Of a DNA stretch of 64,000 bases, positions 30,001-45,000 are shown one piece after another. Made by a program: the position numbers and the translations under genes. The stretch comes from Eledone cirrhosa (lineage: Eukaryota). Location of the stretch: contig OZ024740.1 in the NCBI GenBank assembly GCA_964016885.1, positions 442,804,001 to 442,868,000 on the forward strand. Reading direction: 5' to 3'. The notes below the pieces were generated by a model that worked only from the letters and a program-made list of their open reading frames with translations, searched no databases and was not told where the DNA came from. Position 1 is the first letter of the stretch, and each line of letters starts with the position of its first letter.

Positions 30001-33000
30001 TACCGAGTGTCTTCCTGACACCCAGGGCAAGAAAACCCCGTTATATACCGAGTGTCTTCCTGACACCCAGGGCAAGTAATCTCCTATATATCAAGTGTCT
30101 TTCTGACACCCAGGGCAAGAAAACCCCGTTATATACCGAGTGTCTTCCTGACACCCAGGGCAAGTAAACCCCGTTATATACCGAGTGTCTTCCTGACACC
30201 CAGGGCAAGTAAACCCCGTCATATACCGAGTGTCTTCCTGACACCCAGGGCAAGTAAACCCCGTTATATACCGAGTGTCTTCCTGACACCCAGGGCAAGT
30301 AATCTCCTTTATATATCAAGTGTCTTTCTGACACCCAGGGCAAGTAAAGCCCATTATATACCGAGTGTCTTCCTGACACCCAGGGCAAGTAAACCCGGTT
30401 ATATACCGAGTGTCTTCCTGACACCCAGGGCAAGTAAACTCCGTTATATACCGAGTGTCTTCCTGACACCCAAGGCAAGTAAACTCCGTTATATACCGAG
30501 TGTCTTCCTGACACCCAGGGCAAGTAATCTCCTTTATATATCAAGTGTCTTTCTGACACCCAGGGCAAGTAAACCCCGTTATATACCGAGTGTCTTCCTG
30601 ACACCCAGGGCAAGTAAACCCCGTTATATACCGAGTGTCTTCCTGACACCCAGGGCAAGTAAACCCCGTTATATACCGAGTGTCTTCCTGACACCCAAGG
30701 CAAGTAAACTCCGTTATATACCGAGTGTCTTCCTGACACCCAGGGCAAGTAAACCCCGTTATATACCCAGTGTCTTCCTGACACCCAGGGCAAGTAAACT
30801 CCGTTATATACCGAGTGTCTTCCTGACAGCGAGGGCAAGTAAACCCCGTTATATACCGAGTGTCTTCCTGACACCCAGGGCAAGTAAACTCTGTTATATA
30901 CCGAGTGTCTTCCTGACACCCAGGGCAAGTAAACTCCGTTATATACCGAGTGTCTTCCTGACACCCAGGGCAAGTAAAGCCCGTTATATACCGAGTGTCT
31001 TCCTGACACCCAGGGCAAGTAAACCCTGTTATATACCGAGTGTCTTCCTGGCAGCGAGGGCAAGTAAACCCCGTTATATACCGAGTGTCTTCCTGACATC
31101 CAAGGCAAGTAAACTCTGTTATATACCGAGTGTCTTCCTGACACCCAGGGCAAGTAAACTCCGTTATATACCGAGTGTCTTCCTGACACCCAGGGCAAGT
31201 AAACCCCGTTATATACCGAGTGTCTTCCTGACACCCAGGGCAAGTAAACCCCGTTATATACCGAGTGTCTTCCTGACACCCAGGGCAAGTAAACTCCTTT
31301 ATATATCAAGTGTCTTTCTGACACCCAGGGCATGAAAACCCCGTTATATACCGAGTGTCTTCCTGACACCCAGGGCAAGTAAACCCCGTTATATACCGAG
31401 TGTCTTCCTGACACCCAGGGCAAGTAAACCCCGTTATATACCGAGTGTCTTCCTGACACCCAGGGCAAGTAAACCCCGTTATATACCGAGTGTCTTCCTG
31501 ACACCCAGGGCAAGTAATCTCCTTTATATATAAAGTGTCTATCTGACACCTAGGGCAAGCAAACCCCATTATATACCGAGTGTCTTCCTGACACCCAGGG
31601 CAAGTAAACTCCGTTATATACCGAGTGTCTTCCTGACACCCAGGGCAAGTAAACTCCGTTATATACCGAGTGTCTTCCTGACACCCAAGGCAAGTAAACT
31701 CCGTTATATACCGTGTGTCTTCCTGACAGCCAGGGCAAGTAAACCCCGTTATATACCGAGTGTCTTCTTGACACCCAGGGCAGGTAAGCCCCGTTATATA
31801 CCGAGTGTCTTCCTGACACCCAGGGCAAGTAAACCCCGTTATATACCAAGTGTCTTCCTGACACCCAGGGCAAGTAAACCCCGTTATATACCGAGTGTCT
31901 TCCTGACACCCAGGGCAAGTAAACCCCGTTATATACCGAGTGTCTTCCTGACACCCAGAGCCAGTAAACCCCGTTATATACCGAGTGTCTTCTTGACACC
32001 CAGGGCAAGTAAACCCCGTTATATACCGAGTGTCTTCTTGACACCCAGGGCAAGTAAACCCCGTTATATACCGAGTGTCTTCTTGAAACCCAGGGCAAGT
32101 AAACCCCGTTATATATACCGAGTGTCTTCCTGACACCCAGGGCAAGTAAACCCCGTTATATACCGAGTGTCTTCCTGACACCCAGGGCAAGTAAACTCCG
32201 TTATATACCGAGTGTCTTCCTGACACCCAGGGCAAGTAAACCCCGTTATATACCGAGTGTCTTCCTGACACCCAGGGCAAGTAAACTCCGTTATATACCG
32301 AGTGTCTTCCTGACACCCAGGGCAAGTAAACCCCGTTATATACAGAGTGTCTTCCTGACACCCAGGGCAAGTAAACTCCGTTATATACCGAGTGACTTCC
32401 TGACACCCAGGGCAAGTAAACTCCGTTATATACCGAGTGTCTTCCTGACACCCAGGGCAAGTAAACCCCGTTATATACCGAGTGTCTTCCTGACACCCAG
32501 GGCAAGTAATCCCCGTTATATACCAAGTGTATTCCTGATACCCAGGGCAAGTAAACCCCGTTATATACCGAGTGTCTTCCTGGCACTCAGGGCAAGTAAA
32601 CCCCGTTATATACCGAGTGTCTTCCTGACACCCAGGGCAAGTAATCTCCTTTATATATCAAGTGTCTTTCTGACACCCAGGGCAAGAAAACCCCGTTATA
32701 TACCGAGTGTCTTCCTGACACCCAGGGCAAGTAAACCCCGTTATATACCGAGTGTCTTCCTGACACCCAGGGCAAGTAAACTCCGTTATATACCGAGTGT
32801 CTTCCTGACACCCAGGGCAAATAAACCCCGTTATATACCGAGTGTCTTCCTGACACCCAGGGCAAGTAAACTCCGTTATATACCGAGTGTCTTCCTGACA
32901 GCGAGGGCAAGTAAACCCCGTTATATACCGAGTGTCTTCCTGACACCCAGGGCAAGTAAACTGTGTTATATACCGAGTGTCTTCCTGACACCCAGGGCAA

Positions 33001-36000
33001 GTAAACTCCGTTATATACCGAGTGTCTTCCTGACACCCAGGGCAAGTAAAGCCCGTTATATACCGAGTGTCTTCCTGACACCCAGGGCAAGTAAACCCTG
33101 TTATATACCGAGTGTCTTCCTGACAGCGAGGGCAAGTAAACCCCGTTATATACCGAGTGTCTTCCTGACATCCAAGGCAAGTAAACTCTGTTATATACCG
33201 AGTGTCTTCCTGACACCCAGGGCAAGTAAACTCCGTTATATACCGAGTGTCTTCCTGACACCCAGGGCAAGTAAACCCCGTTATATACCGAGTGTCTTCC
33301 TGACACCCAGGGCAAGTAAACCCCGTTATATACCGAGTGTCTTCCTGACACCCAGGGCAAGTAAACTCCTTTATATATCAAGTGTCTTTCTGACACCCAG
33401 GGCATGAAAACCCCGTTATATACCGAGTGTCTTCCTGACACCCAGGGCAAGTAAACCCCGTTATATACCGAGTGTCTTCCTGACACCCAGGGCAAGTAAA
33501 CCCCGTTATATACCGAGTGTCTTCCTGACACCCAGGGCAAGTAAACCCCGTTATATACCGAGTGTCTTCCTGACACCCAGGGCAAGTAATCTCCTTTATA
33601 TATAAAGTGTCTATCTGACACCTAGGGCAAGCAAACCCCATTATATACCGAGTGTCTTCCTGACACCCAGGGCAAATAAACTCCGTTATATACCGAGTGT
33701 CTTCCTGACACCCAGGGCAAGTAAACTCCGTTATATACCGAGTGTCTTCCTGACACCCAAGGCAAGTAAACTCCGTTATATACCGAGTGTCTTCCTGACA
33801 GCCAGGGCAAGTAAACCCCGTTATATACCGAGTGTCTTCTTGACACCCAGGGCAGGTAAGCCCCGTTATATACCGAGTGTCTTCCTGACACCCAGGGCAA
33901 GTAAACCCCGTTATATACCAAGTGTCTTCCTGACACCCAGGGCAAGTAAACCCCGTTATATACCGAGTGTCTTCCTGACACCCAGGGCAAGTAAACCCCG
34001 TTATATACCGAGTGTCTTCCTGACACCCAGAGCCAGTAAACCCCGTTATATACCGAGTGTCTTCTTGACACCCAGGGCAAGTAAACCCCGTTATATACCG
34101 AGTGTCTTCTTGACACCCAGGGCAAGTAAACCCCGTTATATACCGAGTGTCTTCTTGAAACCCAGGGCAAGTAAACCCCGTTATATACCGAGTGTCTTCC
34201 TGACACCCAGAGCCAGTAAACCCCGTTATATACCGAGTGTCTTCTTGACACCCAGGGCAAGTAAACCCCGTTATATACCGAGTGTCTTCTTGACACCCAG
34301 GGCAAGTAAACCCCGTTATATACCGAGTGTCTTCTTGACACCCAGGGCAAGTAAACCCCGTTATATACCGAGTGTCTTCTTGACACCCAGGGCAAGTAAA
34401 CCCCGTTATATACCGAGTGTCTTCTTGACACCCAGGGCAAGTAAACCCCGTTATATACCGAGTGTCTTCCTGACACCCAGGGCAAGTAAACCCCGTTATA
34501 TACCGAGTGTCTTCCTGACACCCAGGGCAAGTAAACTCCGTTATATACCGAGTGTCTTCCTGACACCCAGGGCAAGTAAACCCCGTTATATACCGAGTGT
34601 CTTCCTGACACCCAGGGCAAGTAAACTCCGTTATATACCGAGTGTCTTCCTGACACCCAGGGCAAGTAAACCCCGTTATATACAGAGTGTCTTCCTGACA
34701 CCCAGGGCAAGTAAACTCCGTTATATACCGAGTGACTTCCTGACACCCAGGGCAAGTAAACTCCGTTATATACCGAGTGTCTTCCTGACACCCAGGGCAA
34801 GTAAACCCCGTTATATACCGAGTGTCTTCCTGACACCCAGGGCAAGTAATCCCCGTTATATACCAAGTGTATTCCTGATACCCAGGGCAAGTAAACCCCG
34901 TTATATACCGAGTGTCTTCCTGGCACTCAGGGCAAGTAAACCCCGTTATATACCGAGTGTCTTCCTGACACCCAGGGCAAGTAATCTCCTTTATATATCA
35001 AGTGTCTTTCTGACACCCAGGGCAAGAAAACCCCGTTATATACCGAGTGTCTTCCTGACACCCAGGGCAAGTAAACCCCGTTATATACCGAGTGTCTTCC
35101 TGACACCCAGGGCAAGTAAACTCCGTTATATACCGAGTGTCTTCCTGACACCCAGGGCAAATAAACCCCGTTATATACCGAGTGTCTTCCTGAAACCCAG
35201 GGCAAGTAAACCCCGTTATATATCGAGTGTGTTCCTGACACCCAGGGCAAGTAATCCCCGTTATATACCGAGTGTCTTCCTGACACTCAGGGCAAGTAAA
35301 CTCCGTTATATATCAAGTGTCTTCCTGACACCCAGGGCAAGTAAACCCCGTTATATACCGAGTGTGTTCCTGATACCCAGGGCAAGTAAACCCCGTTATA
35401 TACCGAGTGTGTTCCTGACACCCAGGGCAAGTAAACCCCGTTATATACCGAGTGTGTTCCTGACACCCAGGGCAAGTAAACCCCGTTATATACCGAGTGT
35501 GTTCCTGACACCCAGGGCAAGTAAACCCCGTTATATACCGAGTGTCTTCTTGACACCCAGGGCAAGTAAACCCCGTTATATACCGAGTGTCTTCCTGACA
35601 CCCAGGGCAAGTAAACCCCTTATATACCGAGTGTCTTCCTGACACCCAGGGCAAGTAAAGCTCGTTATATACCGAGTGTCTTCCTGAAAACCAGGGCAAG
35701 TAAACCCCGTTATATACCGAGTGTCTTCCTGACACCCAGGGCAAGTAAACCCCGTTATATACCGAGTGTCTTCCTGACACCCAGGGCAAGTAAACTCCGT
35801 TATATACCGAGTGTCTTCCTGACACCCAGGGCAAGTAAACCCCGTTATATACCGAGTGTCTTCCTGACACCCAGGGCAAATAATCCCCGTTATATACCAA
35901 GTGTATTCCTGATACCCAGGGCAAGTTAACCCCGTTATATACCGAGTGTCTTCCTGACACCCAGGGCAAGTAATCTCCTTTATATATCAAGTGTCTTTCT

Positions 36001-39000
36001 GACACCCAGGGCAAGAAAACCCCGTTATATACCGAGTGTCTTCCTGACACCCAGGGCAAGTAAACCCCGTTATATACCGAGTGTCTTCCTGACACCCAGG
36101 GCAAGTAAACTCCGTTATATACCGAGTGTCTTCCTGACACCCAGGGCAAATAAACCCCGTTATATACCGAGTGTCTTCCTGACACCCAGGGCAAGTAAAC
36201 TCCGTTATATACCGAGTGTCTTCCTGACACCCAGGGCAAGTAAACTCCTTTATATATCAAGTGTCTTCCTGACACCCAGGGCAAGTAAACCCAGTTATAT
36301 ACCGAGTGTCTTCCTGACACCCAAGGCATGTAACGCCGTTATATACCGAGTGTCTTCCTGACACCCAGGGCAAGTAAACTCCGTTATATACCGAGTGTCT
36401 TCCTGACAGCGAGGGCAAGTAAACTCCGTTATATACCGAGTGTCTTCCTGACACCCAGGGCAAGTAAACTCCTTTATATATCAAGTGTCTTCCTGACACC
36501 CAGGGCAAGTAAACCCCGTTATATACCGAGTGTCTTCCTGACACCCAAGGCATGTAACGCCGTTATATACCGAGTGTCTTCCTGACACCCAGGGCAAGTA
36601 AACTCCGTTATATACCAAGTGTCTTCCTGACACCCAGGGCAAGTAAACCCCGTTATATACCGAGTGTCTTCCTGACACCCAGGGCAAGTAAACCCATTTA
36701 TATACCGAGTGTCTTCCTGACACCCAGGGCAAGTAAACTCCTTTATATATCAAGTGTCTTCCTGACACCCAGGGCAAGTATACCCCGTTATATACCGAGT
36801 GTCTTCTTGACACCCAGGGCAAGTAAACCCCGTTATATACCGAGTGGTGTCTTCTTGACACCCAGGGCAAGTAAACCCCGTTATATACCGAGTGTCTTCC
36901 TGACACCCAGGGCAAATAAACCCCGTTATATACCGAGTGTCTTCCTGACACCCAGGGCAAGTAAACTCCTTTATATATCAAGTGTCTTCCTGCCACCCAA
37001 GGCAAGTAAACTCCGTTATATACCGAGTGTCTTCCTGACACCCAGGGCAAGTAAACCCCGTTATATACCGAGTGTCTTCCTGACATCCAAGGTAAGTAAA
37101 CTCTGTTATATACCGAGTGTCTTCCTGACATCCAGGGCAAGTAAACTCCGTTATATACCGAGTGTCTTCCTGACACCCAGGGCAAGTATCCCCGTTATAT
37201 ACCGAGTGTCTTCCTGACACCCAGGGCAAGTAAACCCCGTTATATACCGAGTGTCTTCCTGACACCCAGGGCAAGTAAACTCCTTTATATATCAAGTGTC
37301 TTTCTGACACCCAGGGCATGAAAACCCCGTTATATACCGAGTGTCTTCCTGACACCCAGGGCAAGTAAACCCCGTTATATACCGAGTGTCTTCCTGACAC
37401 CCAGGGCAAGTAAACCCCGTCATATACCGAGTGTCTTCCTGACACCCAGGGCAAATAAACCCCGTTATATACCGAGTGTCTTCCTGACACCCAGGGCAAG
37501 TAAACTCCTTTATATATCAAGTGTCTTTCTGACACCCAGGGCAAGTAAAGCCCATTATATACCGAGTGTCTTCCTGACACCCAGGGCAAGTAAAGCCCGT
37601 TATATACCGAGTGTCTTCCTGACACCCAGGGCAAGTAAACTCCGTTATATACCGAGTGTCTTCCTGACACCCAAGGCAAGTAAACTCCGTTATATACCGA
37701 GTGTCTTCCTGACACCCAGGGCAAGTAAACCCCGTTATATACCGAGTGTCTTCCTGACACCCAGGGCAAGTAAGCCCCGTTATATACTGAGTGTCTTCCT
37801 GACACCCAGGGCAAGTAAACCCCGTTATATACCAAGTGCCTTCCTGACACCCAGGGCAAGTAAACTGCGTTATATACCGAGTGTCTTCCTGACACCCAGG
37901 GCAAGTAAACTCCGTTATGTACCGAGTGTCTTCCTGACACCCAGAGCAAGTAAAGCCCGTTATATACCGAGTGTCTTCTTGACACCCAGGGCAAGTAAAC
38001 CCCGTTATATACCGAGTGTCTTCTTGACACCCAGGGCAAGTAAACCCCGATATATACCGAGTGTCTTCCTGACACCCAGGGCAAGTAAACCCCGTTATAT
38101 ACCGAGTGTCTTCCTGACACCCAAGGCAAGTAAACTCCGTTATATACCGAGTGTCTTCCTGACACCCAGGGCTAGTAAACCCCGTTATATACCGAGTGTC
38201 TTCCTGAAACCCAGGGCAAGTAAACTCCGTTATATACCGAGTGTCTTCCTGACAGCGAGGGCAAGTAAACCCAGTTATATACCGAGTGTCTTCCTGACAC
38301 CCAAGGCAAGTAAACTCCGTTATATACCGAGTGTCTTCCTGGCACTCAGGGCAAGTAAACCCCGTTATATACCGAGTGTCTTCCTGACACCCAGGGCAAG
38401 TAATCTCCTTTATATATCAAGTGTCTTTCTGACACCCAGGGCAAGAAAACCCCGTTATATACCGAGTGTCTTCCTGACACCCAGGGCAAGTAAACCCCGT
38501 TATATACCGAGTGTCTTCCTGACACCCAGGGCAAGTAAACTCCGTTATATACCGAGTGTCTTCCTGACACCCAGGGCAAATAAACCCCGTTATATACCGA
38601 GTGTCTTCCTGACACCCAGGGCAAGTAAACTCCTTTATATATCAAGTGTCTTCCTGACACCCAGGGCAAGTAAACCCCGTTATATACCGAGTGTCTTCCT
38701 GACACCCAAGGCATGTAACGCCGTTATATACCGAGTGTCTTCCTGACACCCAGGGCAAGTAAACTCCGTTATATACCAAGTGTCTTCCTGACACCCAGGG
38801 CAAGTAAACCCCGTTATATACCGAGTGTCTTCCTGACACCCAGGGCAAGTAAACCCATTTATATACCGAGTGTCTTCCTGACACCCAGGGCAAGTAAACT
38901 CCTTTATATATCAAGTGTCTTCCTGACACCCAGGGCAAGTAAACCCCGTTATATACCGAGTGTCTTCTTGACACCCAGGGCAAGTAAACCCCGTTATATA

Positions 39001-42000
39001 CCGAGTGGTGTCTTCTTGACACCCAGGGCAAGTAAACCCCGTTATATACCGAGTGTCTTCCTGACACCCAGGGCAAATAAACCCCGTTATATACCGAGTG
39101 TCTTCCTGACACCCAGGGCAAGTAAACTCCTTTATATATCAAGTGTCTTCCTGCCACCCAAGGCAAGTAAACTCCGTTATATACCGAGTGTCTTCCTGAC
39201 ACCCAGGGCAAGTAAACCCCGTTATATACCGAGTGTCTTCCTGACACCCAGGGCAAGTAAACTCCGTTATATACCGAGTGTCTTCCTGACAGCGAGGGCA
39301 AGTAAACCCCGTTATATACCGAGTGTCTTCCTGACACCCAAGGCAAGTAAACTCTGTTATATACCGAGTGTCTTCCTGACACCCAGGGCAAGTAAACTCC
39401 GTTATATACCGAGTGTCTTCCTGACACCCAGGGCAAGTAAAGCCCGTTATATACCGAGTGTCTTCCTGACACCCAGGGCAAGTAAACCCTGTTATATACC
39501 GAGTGTCTTCCTGACAGCGAGGGCAAGTAAACCCCGTTATATACCGAGTGTCTTCCTGACATCCAAGGCAAGTAAACTCTGTTATATACCGAGTGTCTTC
39601 CTGACACCCAGGGCAAGTAAACTCCGTTATATACCGAGTGTCTTCCTGACACCCAGGGCAAGTAAACCCCGTTATATACCGAGTGTCTTCCTGACACCCA
39701 GGGCAAGTAAACCCCGTTATATACCGAGTGTCTTCCTGACACCCAGGGCAAGTAAACTCCTTTATATATCAAGTGTCTTCCTGACACCCAGGGCAAGTAA
39801 ACTCCGTTATATACCGAGTGTCTTCCTGACACCCAAGGCAAGTAAACTCCGTTATATACCGAGTGTCTTCCTGACACCCAGGGCAAGTAAACCCCGTTAT
39901 ATACCGAGTGTCTTCCTGACACCCAGGGCAAGTAAGCCCCGTTATATACTGAGTGTCTTCCTGACACCCAGGGCAAGTAAACCCCGTTATATACCAAGTG
40001 CCTTCCTGACACCCAGGGCAAGTAAACTGCGTTATATACCGAGTGTCTTCCTGACACCCAGGGCAAGTAAACTCCGTTATGTACCGAGTGTCTTCCTGAC
40101 ACCCAGAGCAAGTAAAGCCCGTTATATACCGAGTGTCTTCTTGACACCCAGGGCAAGTAAACCCCGTTATATACCGAGTGTCTTCTTGACACCCAGGGCA
40201 AGTAAACCCCGATATATACCGAGTGTCTTCCTGACACCCAGGGCAAGTAAACCCCGTTATATACCGAGTGTCTTCCTGAAACCCAGGGCAAGTAAACTCC
40301 GTTATATACCGAGTGTCTTCCTGACACCCAAGGCAAGTAAACTCCGTTATATACCGAGTGTCTTCCTGACACCCAGGGCAAGTAAACTGCGTTATATACC
40401 GAGTGTCTTCCTGACACCCAGGGCAAGTAAACTCCGTTATGTACCGAGTGTCTTCCTGACACCCAGAGCAAGTAAAGCCCGTTATATACCGAGTGTCTTC
40501 TTGACACCCAGGGCAAGTAAACCCCGTTATATACCGAGTGTCTTCTTGACACCCAGGGCAAGTAAACCCCGATATATACCGAGTGTCTTACTGACACCCA
40601 GGGCAAGTAAACCCCGTTATATACCGAGTGTCTTCCTGAAACCCAGGGCAAGTAAACTCCGTTATATACCGAGTGTCTTCCTGACACCCAAGGCAAGTAA
40701 ACTCCGTTATATACCGAGTGTCTTCCTGACACCCAGGGCTAGTAAACCCCGTTATATACCGAGTGTCTTCCTGAAACCCAGGGCAAGTAAACTCCGTTAT
40801 ATACCGAGTGTCTTCCTGACAGCGAGGGCAAGTAAACCCAGTTATATACCGAGTGTCTTCCTGACACCCAAGGCAAGTAAACTCTGTTATATACCGAGTG
40901 TCTTCCTGACACCCAGGGCAAGTAAACTCCGTTATATACCGAGTATCTTCCTGACACCAGGGCAAGTAAAGCCCGTTATATACCGAGTGTCTTCCTGACA
41001 CCCAGGGCAAGTAAACCCCGTTATATACCGAGTGTCTTTCTGACACCCAGGGCAAGTAAAGCCCATTATATACCGAGTGTCTTCCTGACACCCAGGGCAA
41101 GTAAACCCCGTTATATACCGAGTGTCTTCCTGACACCCAGGGCAAGTAAACTCCGTTATATACCGAGTGTCTTCCTGACACCCAAGGCAAGTAAACTCCG
41201 TTATATACCGAGTGTCTTCTTGACACCCAGGGCAAGTATACCCCGATATATACCGAGTGTCTTCCTGACACCCAGGGCAAGTAAACCCCGTTATATACCG
41301 AGTGTCTTCCTGACACCCAAGGCAAGTAAACTCCGTTATATACCGAGTGTCTTCCTGACACCCAGGGCTAGTAAACCCCGTTATATACCGAGTGTCTTCC
41401 TGAAACCCAGGGCAAGTAAACTCCGTTATATACCGAGTGTCTTCCTGACAGCGAGGGCAAGTAAACCCAGTTATATACCGAGTGTCTTCCTGACACCCAA
41501 GGCAAGTAAACTCTGTTATATACCGAGTGTCTTCCTGACACCCAGGGCAAGTAAACTCCGTTATATACCGAGTATCTTCCTGACACCAGGGCAAGTAAAG
41601 CCCGTTATATACCGAGTGTCTTCCTGACACCCAGGGCAAGTAAACCCCGTTATATACCGAGTGTCTTCCTGACAGCGAGGGCAAGTAAACCCCGTTATAT
41701 ACCGAGTGTCTTCCTGACACCCAGGGCAAGTAAACCCCGTTATATACCGAGTGTCTTCCTGACACCCAGGGCAAGAAAACCCCGTTATATACCGAGTGTC
41801 TTCCTGACACCCAGGGCAAGTAATCTCCTATATATCAAGTGTCTTTCTGACACCCAGGGCAAGAAAACCCCGTTATATACCGAGTGTCTTCCTGACACCC
41901 AGGGCAAGTAAACCCCGTTATATACCGAGTGTCTTCCTGACACCCAGGGCAAGTAAACCCCGTCATATACCGAGTGTCTTCCTGACACCCAGGGCAAGTA

Positions 42001-45000
42001 AACCCCGTTATATACCGAGTGTCTTCCTGACACCCAGGGCAAGTAATCTCCTTTATATATCAAGTGTCTTTCTGACACCCAGGGCAAGTAAAGCCCATTA
42101 TATACCGAGTGTCTTCCTGACACCCAGGGCAAGTAAACCCCGTTATATACAGAGTGTCTTCCTGACACCCAGGGCAAGTAAACTCCGTTATATACCGAGT
42201 GTCTTCCTGACACCCAAGGCAAGTAAACTCCGTTATATACCGAGTGTCTTCCTGACACCCAGGGCAAGTAAACCCCGTTATATACCGAGTGTCTTCCTGA
42301 CACCCAGGGCAAGTAAGCCCCGTTATATACTGAGTGTCTTCCTGACACCCAGGGCAAGTAATCTCCTTTATATATCAAGTGTCTTTCTGACACCCAGGGC
42401 AAGTAAACCCCGTTATATACCGAGTGTCTTCCTGACACCCAGGGCAAGTAAACCCCGTTATATACCGAGTGTCTTCCTGACACCCAGGGCAAGTAAACAC
42501 CGTTATATACCGACTGTCTTCCTGACACCCAAGGCAAGTAAACTCCGTTATATACCGATTGTCTTCCTGACACCCAGGGCAAGTAAACCCCGTTATATAC
42601 CGAGTGTCTTCCTGACACCCAGGGCAAGTAAACTCCGTTATATACCGAGTGTCTTCCTGACACCCAGGGCAAGTAAACCCCGTTATATACCGAGTGTCTT
42701 CCTGACACCCAAGGCAAGTAAACTCTGTTATATACCGAGTGTCTTCCTGACACCCAGGGCAAGTAAACTCCGTTATATACCGAGTGTCTTCCTGACACCC
42801 AGGGCAAGTAAAGCCCGTTATATACCGAGTGTCTTCCTGACACCCAGGGCAAGTAAACCCTGTTATATACCGAGTGTCTTCCTGACAGCGAGGGCAAGTA
42901 AACCCCGTTATATACCGAGTGTCTTCCTGACATCCAAGGCAAGTAAACTCTGTTATATACCGAGTGTCTTCCTGACACTCAGGGCAAGTAAACCCCGTTA
43001 TATACCGAGTGTCTTCCTGACACCCAGGGCAAGTAAACCCCGTTATATACCGAGTGTCTTCCTGACACCCAGGGCAAGTAAACTCCTTTATATATCAAGT
43101 GTCTTTCTGACACCCAGGGCATGAAAACCCCGTTATATACCGAGTGTCTTCCTGACACCCAGGGCAAGTAAACCACGTTATATACCGAGTGTCTTCCTGA
43201 CACCCAGGGCAAGTAAACCCCGTTATATACCGAGTGTCTTCCTGACACCCAGGGCAAGTAAACCCCGTTATATACCGAGTGTCTTCCTGACACCCAGGGC
43301 AAGTAAACTCCGTTATATACCGAGTGTCTTCCTGACACCCAGGGCAAGTAAACCCCGTTATATACCGAGTGTCTTCCTGACACCCAGGGCAAGTAAACCC
43401 CGTTATATACCGAGTGTCTTCCTGACACCCAGGGCAAGTAAACTCCTTTATATATCAAGTGTCTTCCTGACACCCAGGGCAAGTAAACTCCGTTATATAC
43501 CGAGTGTCTTCCTGACACCCAAGGCAAGTAAACTCCGTTATATACCGAGTGTCTTCCTGACACCCAGGGCAAGTAAACCCCGTTATATACCGAGTGTCTT
43601 CCTGACACCCAGGGCAAGTAAGCCCCGTTATATACTGAGTGTCTTCCTGACACCCAGGGCAAGTAAACCCCGTTATATACCAAGTGCCTTCCTGACACCC
43701 AGGGCAAGTAAACTGCGTTATATACCGAGTGTCTTCCTGACACCCAGGGCAAGTAAACTCCGTTATGTACCGAGTGTCTTCCTGACACCCAGAGCAAGTA
43801 AAGCCCGTTATATACCGAGTGTCTTCTTGACACCCAGGGCAAGTAAACCCCGTTATATACCGAGTGTCTTCTTGACACCCAGGGCAAGTAAACCCCGATA
43901 TATACCGAGTGTCTTCCTGACACCCAGGGCAAGTAAACCCCGTTATATACCGAGTGTCTTCCTGAAACCCAGGGCAAGTAAACTCCGTTATATACCGAGT
44001 GTCTTCCTGACACCCAAGGCAAGTAAACTCCGTTATATACCGAGTGTCTTCCTGACACCCAGGGCAAGTAAACTGCGTTATATACCGAGTGTCTTCCTGA
44101 CACCCAGGGCAAGTAAACTCCGTTATGTACCGAGTGTCTTCCTGACACCCAGAGCAAGTAAAGCCCGTTATATACCGAGTGTCTTCTTGACACCCAGGGC
44201 AAGTAAACCCCGTTATATACCGAGTGTCTTCTTGACACCCAGGGCAAGTAAACCCCGATATATACCGAGTGTCTTACTGACACCCAGGGCAAGTAAACCC
44301 CGTTATATACCGAGTGTCTTCCTGAAACCCAGGGCAAGTAAACTCCGTTATATACCGAGTGTCTTCCTGACACCCAAGGCAAGTAAACTCCGTTATATAC
44401 CGAGTGTCTTCCTGACACCCAGGGCTAGTAAACCCCGTTATATACCGAGTGTCTTCCTGAAACCCAGGGCAAGTAAACTCCGTTATATACCGAGTGTCTT
44501 CCTGACAGCGAGGGCAAGTAAACCCAGTTATATACCGAGTGTCTTCCTGACACCCAAGGCAAGTAAACTCTGTTATATACCGAGTGTCTTCCTGACACCC
44601 AGGGCAAGTAAACTCCGTTATATACCGAGTATCTTCCTGACACCAGGGCAAGTAAAGCCCGTTATATACCGAGTGTCTTCCTGACACCCAGGGCAAGTAA
44701 ACCCCGTTATATACCGAGTGTCTTTCTGACACCCAGGGCAAGTAAAGCCCATTATATACCGAGTGTCTTCCTGACACCCAGGGCAAGTAAACCCCGTTAT
44801 ATACCGAGTGTCTTCCTGACACCCAGGGCAAGTAAACTCCGTTATATACCGAGTGTCTTCCTGACACCCAAGGCAAGTAAACTCCGTTATATACCGAGTG
44901 TCTTCTTGACACCCAGGGCAAGTATACCCCGATATATACCGAGTGTCTTCCTGACACCCAGGGCAAGTAAACCCCGTTATATACCGAGTGTCTTCCTGAC

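Noticed and set aside
32521-32545. Double variant GTATTCCTGATAC as a compensatory change in the monomer hairpin
   Set aside because: The two changes do not pair with each other in the original register. The shifted 4-bp GTAT/ATAC stem is easily chance and traces to a single amplified origin.
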